DNA of 64,000 bases, taken from the NCBI RefSeq assembly GCF_000143415.4, contig NW_003314266.1:2885964-2949963 (forward strand), in the 5' to 3' direction. Origin of the DNA: Selaginella moellendorffii (lineage: Eukaryota; Plantae; Lycopodiophyta). The notes beneath the pieces are model-generated. The model saw only the letters and a list, made by a program, of their open reading frames with translations, did no database searches and was not told where the DNA came from. Of the stretch, positions 12,477 through 23,779 are shown piece after piece. How positions within the stretch are numbered: position 1 is the first letter of the stretch; each line of letters starts with the position of its first letter. Position numbers and translations under genes: made by a program.

Positions 12477-14369
12477 ATGGCGCTTTCGATCGGCCGGCAT
12501 TGCGCGCGCTCGCGATCGCTGCTCCGGAGGCTCTATTCGTCGTCGCCCGATGCCGCGCCGGATCTTCCAGCTCTTCAAATGCCGGCTTTCGATCACGTCC
12601 CGCGGCCCTACGCCGGCCCCAGCGCCGAGGAAGTTCTCGAGAAGCGGAGGAAGTTCATGAATCCCGCAATGTTTCTCTACTACAAGAAGCCTGTGAGTGA
12701 GAATTTGTGTCCTTTTGATGGATCGATCGATCGCGGGCGTCTTGCAGCTCAATATTGTGGAAGGGAAGATGCAATATCTTTACGATGAGAGTGGAAAGAG
12801 GTACTTGGATGCGTTTGCTGGGATTGTCACTGTTTCCGTGGGTCATTGCCACCCAGAGGTTGTCCAGGCCGTGATCAAGCAAACCGAGCTCTTGCAGCAC
12901 ACAACCACGATCTATCTACACCATGCTGTCGCCGATTATGCTGAAGCTCTCGCGGCAAAAATGCCTGGAAATCTCAAGGTTCTGTGAAAAGTTCTATGTT
13001 CTTCTGTAAACTTTTATCTTTCTTTCCAGGTGGTTTTCTTTGTGAATTCTGGATCAGAGGCTAACGATATGGCAATGCTTATGGCTCGGCTCTACACTAA
13101 GTCGTTTGATATTGTTGCTCTACGTAATGCCTATCACGGTATGAGCCCGTCTACCATGGGACTTACTGCCCATAGCACCTGGAAATATAGCGTCCCTCAG
13201 GTAAAATCTTTCGTGTCGGATCTAGAGCTGAATTTTTTCTTTCTTTTTTTTCTTTTTCTTTTCTTCTCTTCAGGGATTTGGAGTACACCATGTTTTGAAT
13301 CCGGATCCCTACAGAGGTCCTTTTGGAGCTGATGGAAAGCTCTATGCAAACGACATCGCAAATCTTATTGAATCAGCAACACCCGGAAAAGTGGCTGGAT
13401 TCTTTGCAGAAACAATTCAGGTTTTGCTTTTATATTCTGTGTGTCGTGAGCCTTTGTCTTTTTTTCTTTTCAGGGTGTTGGCGGCGCCGTGGAACTTGCG
13501 CCGGGCTACTTACCAGCAGCCTACGAAATAATTCGAAATGCTGGAGGTCTTTGCATCGCGGATGAGGTACAAACCGGGTTTGGCCGCACTGGAAGCCACT
13601 ATTGGGGATTTGAAACTCAAGATGTTCTGCCAGATATCGTGACGATGGCGAAGGTCGGTGTTTGTTTCTTCCTCTTTTTTGCTTGCCAGTGAAGTATATG
13701 CTAACTCCAATATCCAGGGAATTGGAAATGGTCTTCCTCTGGCTGCGGTGGTCACGACACCAGAGATAGCAAGTGTTCTCGCAGAAAGGCTCTTTTTTAA
13801 TACTTACGGCGGGAATCCCGTGTGCTCGGCAGCAGGCCATGCTGTGCTGAAGATTTTGGACAAGGAACAGCGTCAGCAGCACTGCGCTACTGTCGGAAAC
13901 CATCTTCTCGCGAGACTCCGGGCTTTGCAAGATAAATACGAGCGTACGTATATCCATGCTTTGGTTTAGTTCTAAGAACTCTCCAACTTGATCTTTGCAG
14001 TGATAGGAAACGTCAGAGGCAGAGGTTTGATGCTGGGAGTAGAATTTGTCACCGACAGAGTTGCCAAGACTCCCGCGAAGAATGAGACGATGATGGTGAT
14101 GGAAAGAATGAAAGGTGAGCTTTTCGGTTTCTTTGTTTACGCGTTGTCACGGTTTTCTGGGTTTTCTATCTTAGATCTTGGGGTGCTCGTCGGCAAAGGT
14201 GGGCGACATGGTAACGCGCTTAGAATCAAGCCGCCGATGTGCTTCACTCTCGAGGACGCTGGTAAGAACAAACTTGATCAATTAGATTGTCTTTGATAAG
14301 TATTCTTAACACTATTTCTTCACAGATTTCCTGGTTGATGCGTTGGATCATTCCCTCTCCACGTTTTAA
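12477..14369 (+). CDS. AGT2: Alanine:glyoxylate aminotransferase 2 (class III PLP aminotransferase), mitochondrial-type, multi-exon
   Basis: [71 protein letters not shown]|GIGNG (PLP lysine), [10 protein letters not shown]. Arg-rich presequence; TAA at 14367-14369. Confidence 0.93.
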
Positions 14370-14534
14370 ATCCTTGAGGTGAAAGATCACCTCTCTTTCA
14401 TATGTGGAAACGCAAAGACTATAAAAGCGATGATTTGATTCCCTACGGTGGGTATATTCCCGCATCTTTATCTAATTTGTCGAGAGGATATTCCAGGGTG
14501 AAATGGCAGGTGGAAGCTTGATCGTGTTCCATGG

Positions 14535-16865
14535 ATGGAGTATCTCGACGCGCTACAAACCCTAGCGTCTTGCTCGTCGCCAGCGCCTGCTAGTGCCATC
14601 GCGAGGCGTAACCTGAGGTGCGTATCCAGCAGGGGACGACGATCGCCGGCTTCGATCCGGCTCCATTTGGTGGAATTCCAGCAATCTCTCCAGCGATCTC
14701 GCATCGTAGCTGCGGTGTTCTTGTCATCTGAGGTGCGCGCTACTGCGCGGCCAAGGCGCGGCGGCCGCAGGAAGAAGGCGGAGTCGCAGGATGGAGATGT
14801 GGAGCTCGAGATTTTCAAGTTTATGGAGCAATCGGGAAAACCTAATACGTTCCCGACCAAGGAAGAACTCTTCGCTGCTGGTCGTGGCGATCTAGTGGAA
14901 GCTGCTGTTAGGAAAGGGGGCTGGCTGACAGTAGGATGGGATTTCCAAAGGCCATCCTCGTCTGGGAGCGATCTGACCCAAGAAAAATTCGAAATTCACG
15001 TCAATGGTTCGAGGAAAAAGAAGGATCGAGCTTCGAAAAATGGATCAAGGTGAGCGAGAGTATCAACTTGGAATACTTTTTTATTCATCTTTTGCTTTTC
15101 TCGTTTCAGTGATAGTGATGAGCAGCATTTGATGCGGTTGAATGGCCAAACCAGCCAAAGTTTTCCTGCAAAGGTGTGTTAGTGTTTATAATTCGTTGGT
15201 TGGCCGAGATTTTGATGTTCACCCTCGTCAGGGAATTTTAGTCCATGGAAGCAATCCGGTAGAATCAAGCTGCCCCGCAAATGATGGACCTTCTTACATA
15301 CGAAATGGAAAGGGTAGGAGACATCCCAGAAAAACAACGAGCACGCTGGCTGAAATTGACAAAGCTACTACCGATGGTAAGTACCGTTTCTTTTTATTTG
15401 TTCTGTGTATAAGTTGTTTTACTCTCAGGCCCAGAACTAAATGCCGAGGCCAGCCATGAGCGCTGGAGAAGAAAGCGCAGGAAAAAAACGACGTCCATCG
15501 CAGCTGATAATAGTACCAGCGTGAAGAATGCCTTGAGTTGGATACACGACATGGTTCAAAAAAGGGAGCAGTGGATTTTGGAATCAAGATCGAGACCTTC
15601 GAAACAAAGGTCATCGGAAACCCCTCCAGCTGATATTACTCCTGCAGAACGAGAGTCTTCGCCGCTATCAAGGAGCGATGACGGAAGCTCATCCAGCAGA
15701 GTATCGCGAAGCTCGTCTCGAATTTTTCCAGCGGAGTTACCAGCAAGGGGTTCTTTGAAAGGAAATTCGTTGAGACCATTTTCGACGGTACCGTCAAGCA
15801 CGACAGAAAGTCCTGAAACGTCCGACAGGTCACTCACTTCCAGCAGCCCATCAAAAACCGGACAGGACATACGAACTCCAGCTCCATTGACAAGAACTTC
15901 ATCTAGAGTATACTCAACTGGAGCTTCAGCTTTGTCCAAGAAATCTTCATCTTGTGCTGCAAGCTTTTCTTCTACCACAGAGACCGGCGGCTCAAATTCT
16001 TTCAACTCTCGATTGCAGAAGCTGGAAACAAAGCTACTTGCCACACGCGCAGCGCTAAAATCGGGGCGCGCCACATTGTTAAAAGGAGAAGACAAGCTTT
16101 TGCAGGTTGGTGAGTAGGCAACAATGTTTTCACGCCAAACATCTCACGTTGTCACTGCAGGTACAACGAAAAACTAGCGAAGATCTTGCAAAAGCCGCGG
16201 ACTCTTTGGAATTCAAGGAGACGGAGATCATGCAAACCCGTGCGGAGCTCCGGAGAACTCGTGCTCAAGTAACTGCAATGCAAGCGAAGATGGCTCTGGA
16301 GCTCTCGTAAGTTGCATTCCCTGTTAGCTTTCTCATGCTCAAAGTTTCGCGTTCCAGGGAAGCTCGCAGAGCAGCTGATGAGAAACAAGTGCTACTCGAC
16401 AGAGCAGAGAACGCGCTAAAGATGATGCGATTTGTACGCATTGTTTGGCCCAATGCTGCGTCGCACGTCCTCCTTACAGGCTCCTTCGACGGTTGGACAA
16501 ACAAGGTATCAAAGATCTTCTAGCGGTGACAAAGTAGTTCTTATTCTCTTTCTCTTGGCAGATCAAGATGGAAAAATCTGGTGCCGGAGTCTTCGTGACG
16601 GCTCTACATTTGTATCCTGGGCGCTACGAGGTAAGGGTCTTCGCAAATTTTTGATCGGGTTTTAGGAGAAGTAGACTGAGTTTCGCAGAAGTTTGGATTG
16701 GAGAGAAGTAGATTGAGTTTCCCAGAAGTGTGGAGAACTAAGAATCAAGTTGTTTATGTTTTTTTCCAGGTAAAGTTTATAGTGGATGGAACATGGCGAG
16801 TAGATCCATGCCGTCCAATCACATACGCCGACGGCATCGAGAACAACGTGTTAATGGTGTCCTGA
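14535..16865 (+). CDS. Protein targeting to starch (PTST2/PTST3/FLO6-like): coiled coil plus C-terminal CBM48
   Basis: N-terminal ELEIFKFMEQSGKPNTFPTKEELFAAGRGDLVEAAVRKGGW, coiled-coil exons, then CBM48 VRIVWPNAASHVLLTGSFDGW...LHLYPGRYE|VKFIVDGTWRVDP...IENNVLMVS*. Confidence 0.88.
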
Positions 16866-16993
16866 CGGTACACACAGAAAAAGAACACCACACTGGGCGA
16901 AAAGATTTCGACCGTCTAGAAATTGGACGGCTAGATATCAATGTAACGTTTGTATTCGTGTTAAGCCAATCAATTAGGGTTTATCGGAGGAGG

Positions 16994-17869
16994 ATGGGAG
17001 CCGAGGTTCACGCGGTTGCGCCCGTCGCCGGCGCCATGGACATCAACGCTGTGCGCGATCTCATTGCCGCGCGTCGATTCAACGAGATCGCTGCCTTCTG
17101 CGAATCGCTGGAGCTCGAGGTAATCGCGATTTTCTCTTCGGCGTGCTTGGCTCAGGGTTTACGTGTAGTACGCCGCGAGAGGATCAGAGCATGGCGAGGA
17201 TTGGCCTTACGCAATCCACATTCTTGGCCATATCTATAACTCGGATTTGTAAGTTCTTTGGCTATAGATTCTCCTCTTTCTTCTCTCTTGATCGATTTTT
17301 TGTTTCCTTCTCCAGGGACAGTGCTAGGTTTCTTTGGAAGCGGATCCCCGACTCGATCAAGCAGTCGCAAATGGAGCTCGCTCAAGTCTGGAAGATTGGT
17401 CAGTGCATGTGGACTCACGACTACGTCGCAGTGCACGAAGCCATCCGAGGATTCGACTGGACGCCAGACGTGAAACAAGTGGTCGCTGCTGTTGCGGGTA
17501 AAACACTCGTCGGTGATCTTTGCCTTCTTTTCTCATTGCTTACTTACACCACAGAGGACTTCTCGAGAAAAATCTTTCGGCTCCTGTCCACGGCATACTC
17601 GACTTTGAGCATACCCGATGCTGCGTCATTCTTTGGACTTACGGAGAGCGAGACCATCGCATGTAAGTTCTTTCCAAACTTTTGCAATGGTTGGAAAAAA
17701 GTTCTTAGTGTGTGTCTGTGTTCTTGCAGTGGCTGAGCAGCAAGGATGGATATTGGATCCCACATCGCAAATGTTCAACGTCCGGGCTATTCCACCGACG
17801 GCGGAGCAAAAGCTGGATACGAGCAACTTACAGAACCTGACGGAATACGTCTTCCATTTGGAGCATTGA
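16994..17869 (+). CDS. CSN8: COP9 signalosome subunit 8
   Basis: WPYAIHILGHIY, SARFLWKRIPDSIKQSQMELAQVWKIGQCMW, LLSTAYSTLS and the C-terminus EQKLDTSNLQNLTEYVFHLEH. The start codon is at 16994 or 17036. Confidence 0.93.
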
Positions 17870-18084
17870 GTACTCTCTCTTTACCTTTCTGCTTGTTTTT
17901 TTTTTTCTGAAAGTTCATATCGACATCTCTTTCAGATGCGCGCGCTCCGTTAAGATTCAATCTAATTGTACCCGCGCACCCGCAGTCAACTGCAAAAGTT
18001 GTGTCATGCGGAGTTCATGCTCAACCAAATTGCTCCGCTTTAGTCGAGCATTTAAGAAGTTTTGTTTGGCTTGAGACTCCGGTC

Positions 18085-18791
18085 ATGGCTTCCGTATTGA
18101 TTCTTCTGACTTGCTCGCTGTTGGTGTTCCAAGTTACAGGCTACTGCGGACCTCTGACGAGCTTCGAGACAGCTCCATGCTCGGTTTTCTCCAGAGAGCC
18201 TGGCTACGAGCTTCGCGAGTATCCTGGAGGCCAGGTAAATCAAACTTTGCTTCAAGGCCAGGATTGATATTTTCTCGTGCAGCTGGTGGAACTTTCGATT
18301 GAAAATTCCACATTCGAAGCTGCCACGTTTGCCGGATTCTTTCGCTTGGCCTCGTACTTGAATGGCGACAACCGGCACGACGTCCAAGTCCCAATCGTCC
18401 TTCCTTTTATGGTCCAGCCAGCCTCCAGTGTTGATGGCTACAGAGTTGGATTATACCTCCCGAGAAGGTGAGACTATTTTCGTTTCCTTGTTTTCCAACT
18501 TCTAAACTGTTTCGTGTGAAACTTTCCAGTGTTGGCGATGCTCCATCGCCGAGGGACAGGAGCATGCGCATCAGGGAAGCGCACCGTAGCATTCAAGCCG
18601 TGATCGGTCCATTCCCCGCCTTCGCCATCAACGAGACGAACTACTTGCACAACACGAGGCAGCTCATGCGGTTCCTCCAGCGCGACGGGCTTCGCTACAA
18701 TCCTTCCTCGGTGATCTACGCCGCGTACATCAATCCCGCGGACTTGCTCACCATCCACCAAGAAGTTCACCTCCAAGTTCTCTTTGATTGA
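18085..18791 (+). CDS. SOUL heme-binding family protein with signal peptide
   Basis: ETAPCSVFSREPGYELREY and SIENSTFEAATFAGFFRLASYLNGDN; three exons with short introns. Confidence 0.8.
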
Positions 18792-18857
18792 TAACGAGCT
18801 CAGGTAAGAACTCAAGAACTTTCTTTGAATGTATGATATTAACAAGTTTCTATATGA

Positions 18858-19638
18858 TCAGGCAGTAGCGTCTAGCTCCCCCTTGTCAAGCTTTTCCGCG
18901 AGAACTTTCACGGTTTTCTTCTCTTCTTCCACAGTGTCAAGGATTTCCTCGATCTCGTCGTGAATCTCCTCGGCTGTGGCTTCCACCTTCAAATCCAAGA
19001 GTAAATCTAGAGTTTGAGCCGTGGTTTGTTTTAACTTTGATTTTTTACCTTCTCTATAAGCTCCTCGACGCCGTCCGCCGCCTTATCGGCATACTCGGCG
19101 AGTTTTTCGACGGTGTTGGCCATCCCTTTGATCACCGCGGCGCTGTCTTTGATGCTCTCCTCGGCGCGATCCAGCTCCCCTGCGCAAGCAAAGCAAAGAC
19201 CCATCCATTTGATCGAGCGAGCGAGCGAGAATCACTTACTGTCTAGTTGCTGGAGGAAGAACTTCGCGGGAGTGTTTGCAGCGAACCTCACCACGGATTT
19301 TAGCCTGGAGGGAGTGGATCAAACGAAAGTTTCTAGGACGATCTCTTGAGAAGCTTGGAGAAACTTACACATCTTTGAATGTGGCCTCCACAGTGACACC
19401 GGGTGGAGCGGTTCTGGATCTGGAAAGCCAGTGAATGAGCGAGCAAAACGAAGATCAAGCTTGTGAATTTCCACCTCACTCGCAGCCTGGAGAAGTCGTG
19501 CGATCCAACGCGCAGCCTGTTGGTTTGACAGATTGCAGTCAAGCTCGAGCAGATCTGCTGGGAGCCGGTGATAAACTCTTTGGTGGCATTCTGGTGGCAC
19601 GATCCAGCTGCCAGAACAGCCGCGGAAGAGGCAGCCAT
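18858..19638 (-). CDS. Uncharacterised probably plastid-targeted protein with acidic amphipathic helices
   Basis: The spliced reading gives a transit-like N-terminus, then ELDRAEESIKDSAAVIKGMANTVEKLAEYADKAADGVEELIEK|VEATAEEIHDEIEEILD...DATA*. GT/AG sites are clean. Confidence 0.65.
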
Positions 19639-20206
19639 GGATAGATCCACCGCAAACTCCGGAAGAACACGAAAGAGGGAAGAAGGGAATGAGGCGAATA
19701 GACAAAGGTTTTTTCGTTCTAATCAGTGAAGGCAAAAAGGAAAAATTAGATAAAAAATCGCAGGAGCCATCGTCGTTCTAAAGGCTGGTGTTTGGTCGCA
19801 TCCACATGGTTCTCGTGGGTGGCTTTTTATCTGTTCTAATGCTTACACCATCCAGAACCTTTACAAAGGTTTTTCACGATCATTGGTCTGATAATCAATC
19901 ATTCATTCATTCATATGTTGTTTACACAAAAATAATTAATCCCAAGAACATAGAGTTTACCTCATTTTAAACAACTCGTTCTTTTCTGCCGATTGAATAG
20001 AAATTAACTAGATATTTGGAAACTAAATAAATTAACTATTCTTTGACAGCATTTGCCTTTAAATGGCATCTTGATAATTCGCCTTTTAGATGCTACATTT
20101 AAATTTGTTGGTCTCAAGACTGTATTCTTTTTCAAGATGCCCATTCTAGGCAAATGCCAAAAAATTTAACCAATGTAATTTCTAACGGACACTTGCCTAG
20201 GGTTCT

Positions 20207-21790
20207 ATGCGGCTTCTCTCAACAGAGTCTCTCCAATCATCCAGATCCGCCCTCCTTGCGCTCGTGAAATCGGCCGGGCAATCCAGAGATCTCGCCCAGG
20301 CGCGCCGCGCGCACCACCAGATCCTCGACACCGACTGCCGGAATGATCCCTACCTCGCCAATCTCCTGGTGGAGATGTATGGCAAATGCGGCAGCGTGGG
20401 CGACGCGCGATCCGTGTTTGACTCCATGCCCGCCCCCAATTCCTTCTCCTGGGCGCTCCTCCAATCGGCCTATGCCCACAACGGGCATCTCCACGCAGCG
20501 CGCGAGATCTTTGCCCAAATGCCCGAGCGAGGGATCGTTTGCTGGAATTCGCTCCTCGCGGGGCTCGCGCACCACGGCGATGTCCGAGAATCCAACGAGT
20601 TATTCACGAAAATGCCACAGCACGACAGATTCTCGTGGAAGGCGATGATCGCAGCATTTTCCCAGAACGGGCTTTTGGAGTCCGCGAAATTGTGCTTTGA
20701 TGCCGCACTGGAGCGCGATCTAGCCTCTTGGACAGTGATCTTGCAAGGATTTACGCGTAATGGATGCTTGGATCACGCAAGAGAATTTCTGGAAAAAATG
20801 CCACTGTGGGATGGAGTTTCTTGGACAGCTTTGCTTCAAGCATTTGCCCAGGATGGGCATTTGGATCAGGCAATGCATGTCTATAGCTTAATCCCTGAGA
20901 AGGATATAGTGGCATCCACGATCATGATGCAAAGCTACGCTCACCACGGTCGGCCCGACGCTGCCAAGCGGATTTTCGATGGGATCTTGCGAGACAAAAG
21001 AAGCATTGTGACTTGGAATGTGATGCTCGGTGCTTACACCCAGTCGGGAAAGCTGGAGCTCGCCAAGGAGATTTTTGATCAGATTCCGGTCGAGAAAGAT
21101 TCCGCGACTTGGTCGACGATGATCCAGGCGTATGCGCAAAGCGGATACATGACAAGAGCGAAGAATCTCTTCGATTTCTCGCCGAGAAAGTCTGTCATGA
21201 CTTGGAACTCGATGGTCACGGCGTTTTTCATCAACGGGCTGTTCGATCAAGGGAGAGAAGTCTTCAGCAAAATGCCGATGCAAGACACGATCTCCTGGAA
21301 CGCGCTTCTTGCAGCGAATGCCCAGAACGGGAATCTTGAAACCACAAGGATGATCTTCGACGGCCTCTGCGACAAGAACGTTGTGTCTTTCACGTCCATG
21401 ATCCAGGCGTATGCTCAAGGTGGTCATCACAAAGAGGCGCTAGAGCTCTTCTACGCGATGCTACTCGCGGGAGTGAGGCCAAACGAGATTACGTACGTTG
21501 GAGTCTTGAGCGGCTGCAACCACGCTGGGCTGGTCGACGCCGGAAGAGATCACTTCTTGTCAATGCAAGCTGACGAGGGGATTGATCCGGTGGTAGAGCA
21601 CTACTGCTGCATGGTGGACATTCTTGGCCGGGCTCGGAGACTGGCAGATGCCGAGGAGCTTATCAACAGCATGCCGCTGGAGCCGGACGTTGTTGCTTGG
21701 AAGTCTTTGCTCTCGGCTTGCAAGACTCACGGGGACGTCGATCGTGGAGCTCGGGCTGCCAGGTTTCTCTGCGAGCTTGAAGCTGGATAG
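20207..21790 (+). CDS. PLS-class pentatricopeptide repeat protein (partial E domain, no DYW)
   Basis: 527-aa intronless ORF with LVEMYGKCGS, repeated xxSWNxMxxAYAQxG units, HYCCMVDILGRA and PDVVAWKSLLSACKTHGD. Confidence 0.92.
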   Translation: MRLLSTESLQSSRSALLALVKSAGQSRDLAQARRAHHQILDTDCRNDPYLANLLVEMYGKCGSVGDARSVFDSMPAPNSFSWALLQSAYAHNGHLHAAREIFAQMPERGIVCWNSLLAGLAHHGDVRESNELFTKMPQHDRFSWKAMIAAFSQNGLLESAKLCFDAALERDLASWTVILQGFTRNGCLDHAREFLEKMPLWDGVSWTALLQAFAQDGHLDQAMHVYSLIPEKDIVASTIMMQSYAHHGRPDAAKRIFDGILRDKRSIVTWNVMLGAYTQSGKLELAKEIFDQIPVEKDSATWSTMIQAYAQSGYMTRAKNLFDFSPRKSVMTWNSMVTAFFINGLFDQGREVFSKMPMQDTISWNALLAANAQNGNLETTRMIFDGLCDKNVVSFTSMIQAYAQGGHHKEALELFYAMLLAGVRPNEITYVGVLSGCNHAGLVDAGRDHFLSMQADEGIDPVVEHYCCMVDILGRARRLADAEELINSMPLEPDVVAWKSLLSACKTHGDVDRGARAARFLCELEAG

Positions 21791-21799
21791 GAGATCTCG

Positions 21800-23640
21800 T
21801 GTTGAAAGTTATCATCTGAAACTCTTTGGCGCAAGATATACTCGGGCCCGAGAACAAGGTGGTTGTGACAGGAGCCTCGAACACTGTCATTCAAGGATAC
21901 CACAAGATTCTTCGACAGGCGGGGGCGGGCTATGGTGTCGTGGAACTCGTTGATTCTCGGCTACGCAGAGAGAGGCGAGGAAGAGCTCGCTCTGGGACTC
22001 TTCTGGTCCATGGAAGCTCAGGGCTTCTCCCCGGATGATAGACCGTTCTCAAAGCGTGTACCAAGCTTGCCGAGAAGGTCATCGGCCTCGACGGTAACTT
22101 GTTCGTTGCTAGCTCCCTTGGTCGACATGTACTCCGAGTGCGGCAGCATGCTCAGAGAGTCTTCGATACTTTTGGCCAGCCCTCATTCTCGGCTACGTTG
22201 AAAACGGTGACGAGAGGCTGGCTCTGGAAATCCTCGACTACTTAAGACCAGGAGGCCTACTCCATCGCCAACTCCCTCACCTTCGTGGCTGCTCTCAGCG
22301 CCCGCATTGCGTCGAGGGAACCGGATCGAGAACTCGATGGAAGGATTGTGAAGCTAGAATCGCTGTCCAGGGGCAAACGCATCCACGCACAAGCTGTAAG
22401 CTGCCGCTGCGACTCGGATACCATGGTGCACATGTACGCCAAGTGCGGTACCCTGGTCGACTGCATGCCTTGTAGAACAGTGGTGTCGTCGAACGTCCTG
22501 TTGCTCGGCTACGCAGAGAATAACGAGGTCGAGCTTGGCCTCGACTTGTTCTCTCGGATGATTGCTGGTGACGAAAGAATAGCACCAATCTTTTGTCACA
22601 GCTCCCACACCTTTCTAATTTGAAGACTTTTTTTTTATGAAGGATGCAGTGGCGCATTCACTCCCCGATTGGTTCAAGATATTCAGAGCTGGTGGGCGAC
22701 ACTTTTCATACATTGATAGCATTTTATCATGTATGCCAGGAGTCTGTTTAATCCTTTCTATGCTTCTTGACATAGAACTCTATTGTTCTAGCTATATTGT
22801 CCATAGCTCATCCTCTCAAACAGCTCCAAAGCCAGAATTATGTTGATCTAGCCACTTGAAAGCAATAAGGCCTGCACTCACATCGCGGTGAAAGAGGAAG
22901 GGCAAAAAGTCAACGGCAAGCTCGTCAAAGTGAAGGCAATGGAAGTAGGAATGGCGATCCACTCCCAGGCACTTTACACAGACGTTTTGTAGCCAGCACG
23001 TTCGTTCACATGTACGCCAAGCTGCAGGGCCTTCGACAAAATCCCTGCTCAAGCCCGGGACGTGGATCGTTGATCCTCGGCCACTCAGAGGATGACGAGC
23101 CCTAGCTGACACTGGAGCTCTTCTTGCAAATGCGGCACTTCCAGATGCTCCCAAACGCCCGGGCTGCTCTCAAGGCGTGCACAAAGTTGGTGGCGTTGGA
23201 ACAAGGCAGTGAAGTCGAGATCCATACTGGAAAGGTGGCGGTGGTGAAGCTGGAAGCTCTAGAGATTGGCCTCTATGTGAGTGAATCGGAGCTCTTTGTC
23301 TTCAACCTCACCATCGATATGTACTCCAACTCACCATCGATATGTACTCCAAATGTGGCTCCATGGACAATGCCTGGCGAGTGTTTGACACCATGGAAGC
23401 GAGAGACATGGTTTCCTGGACTGCCCTGATGCCCGGCTCCACAGCCCCAGCTAAGCCTCGAGCTCTTCTCATCTCTCAAGCTGTTATCCAACGAATGGTT
23501 CCCAAATGCTCGAGTATACATGACTGCTCAAATCCTGTAGGCTTGGCAGCTATGGCCTACTAAAGAATGACCACTAGCGAGGGTCCAAATCTGGATGAAA
23601 TTACCATTATCTGTTCTTGCCGCTTGCAGACACTGCGGCC
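21800..23640 (+). pseudogene. Degenerate PLS-class PPR fragments
   Basis: Frame-broken pieces VSWNSLILGYAERG, LVDMYSECGSM, MVHMYAKCG and [18 protein letters not shown], plus a ~23-bp tandem duplication near 23305-23352. Confidence 0.8.
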
Positions 23641-23779
23641 GAAGAGGATTTAAAAAATATGAACCATGTATCCCTTTAAAAGCGAATATTTTGTTAGATG
23701 AATCAAGTGAATTTTTTGTTAGGGCATACTAAAAGGTCCAAAAAAAATTCCATGGCTCTTTGGCTTTGAAGTAACGAGA

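Noticed and set aside
16664-16737. Two ~37-bp tandem copies inside a PTST intron
   Set aside because: Ordinary local intronic duplication with no sign of function.
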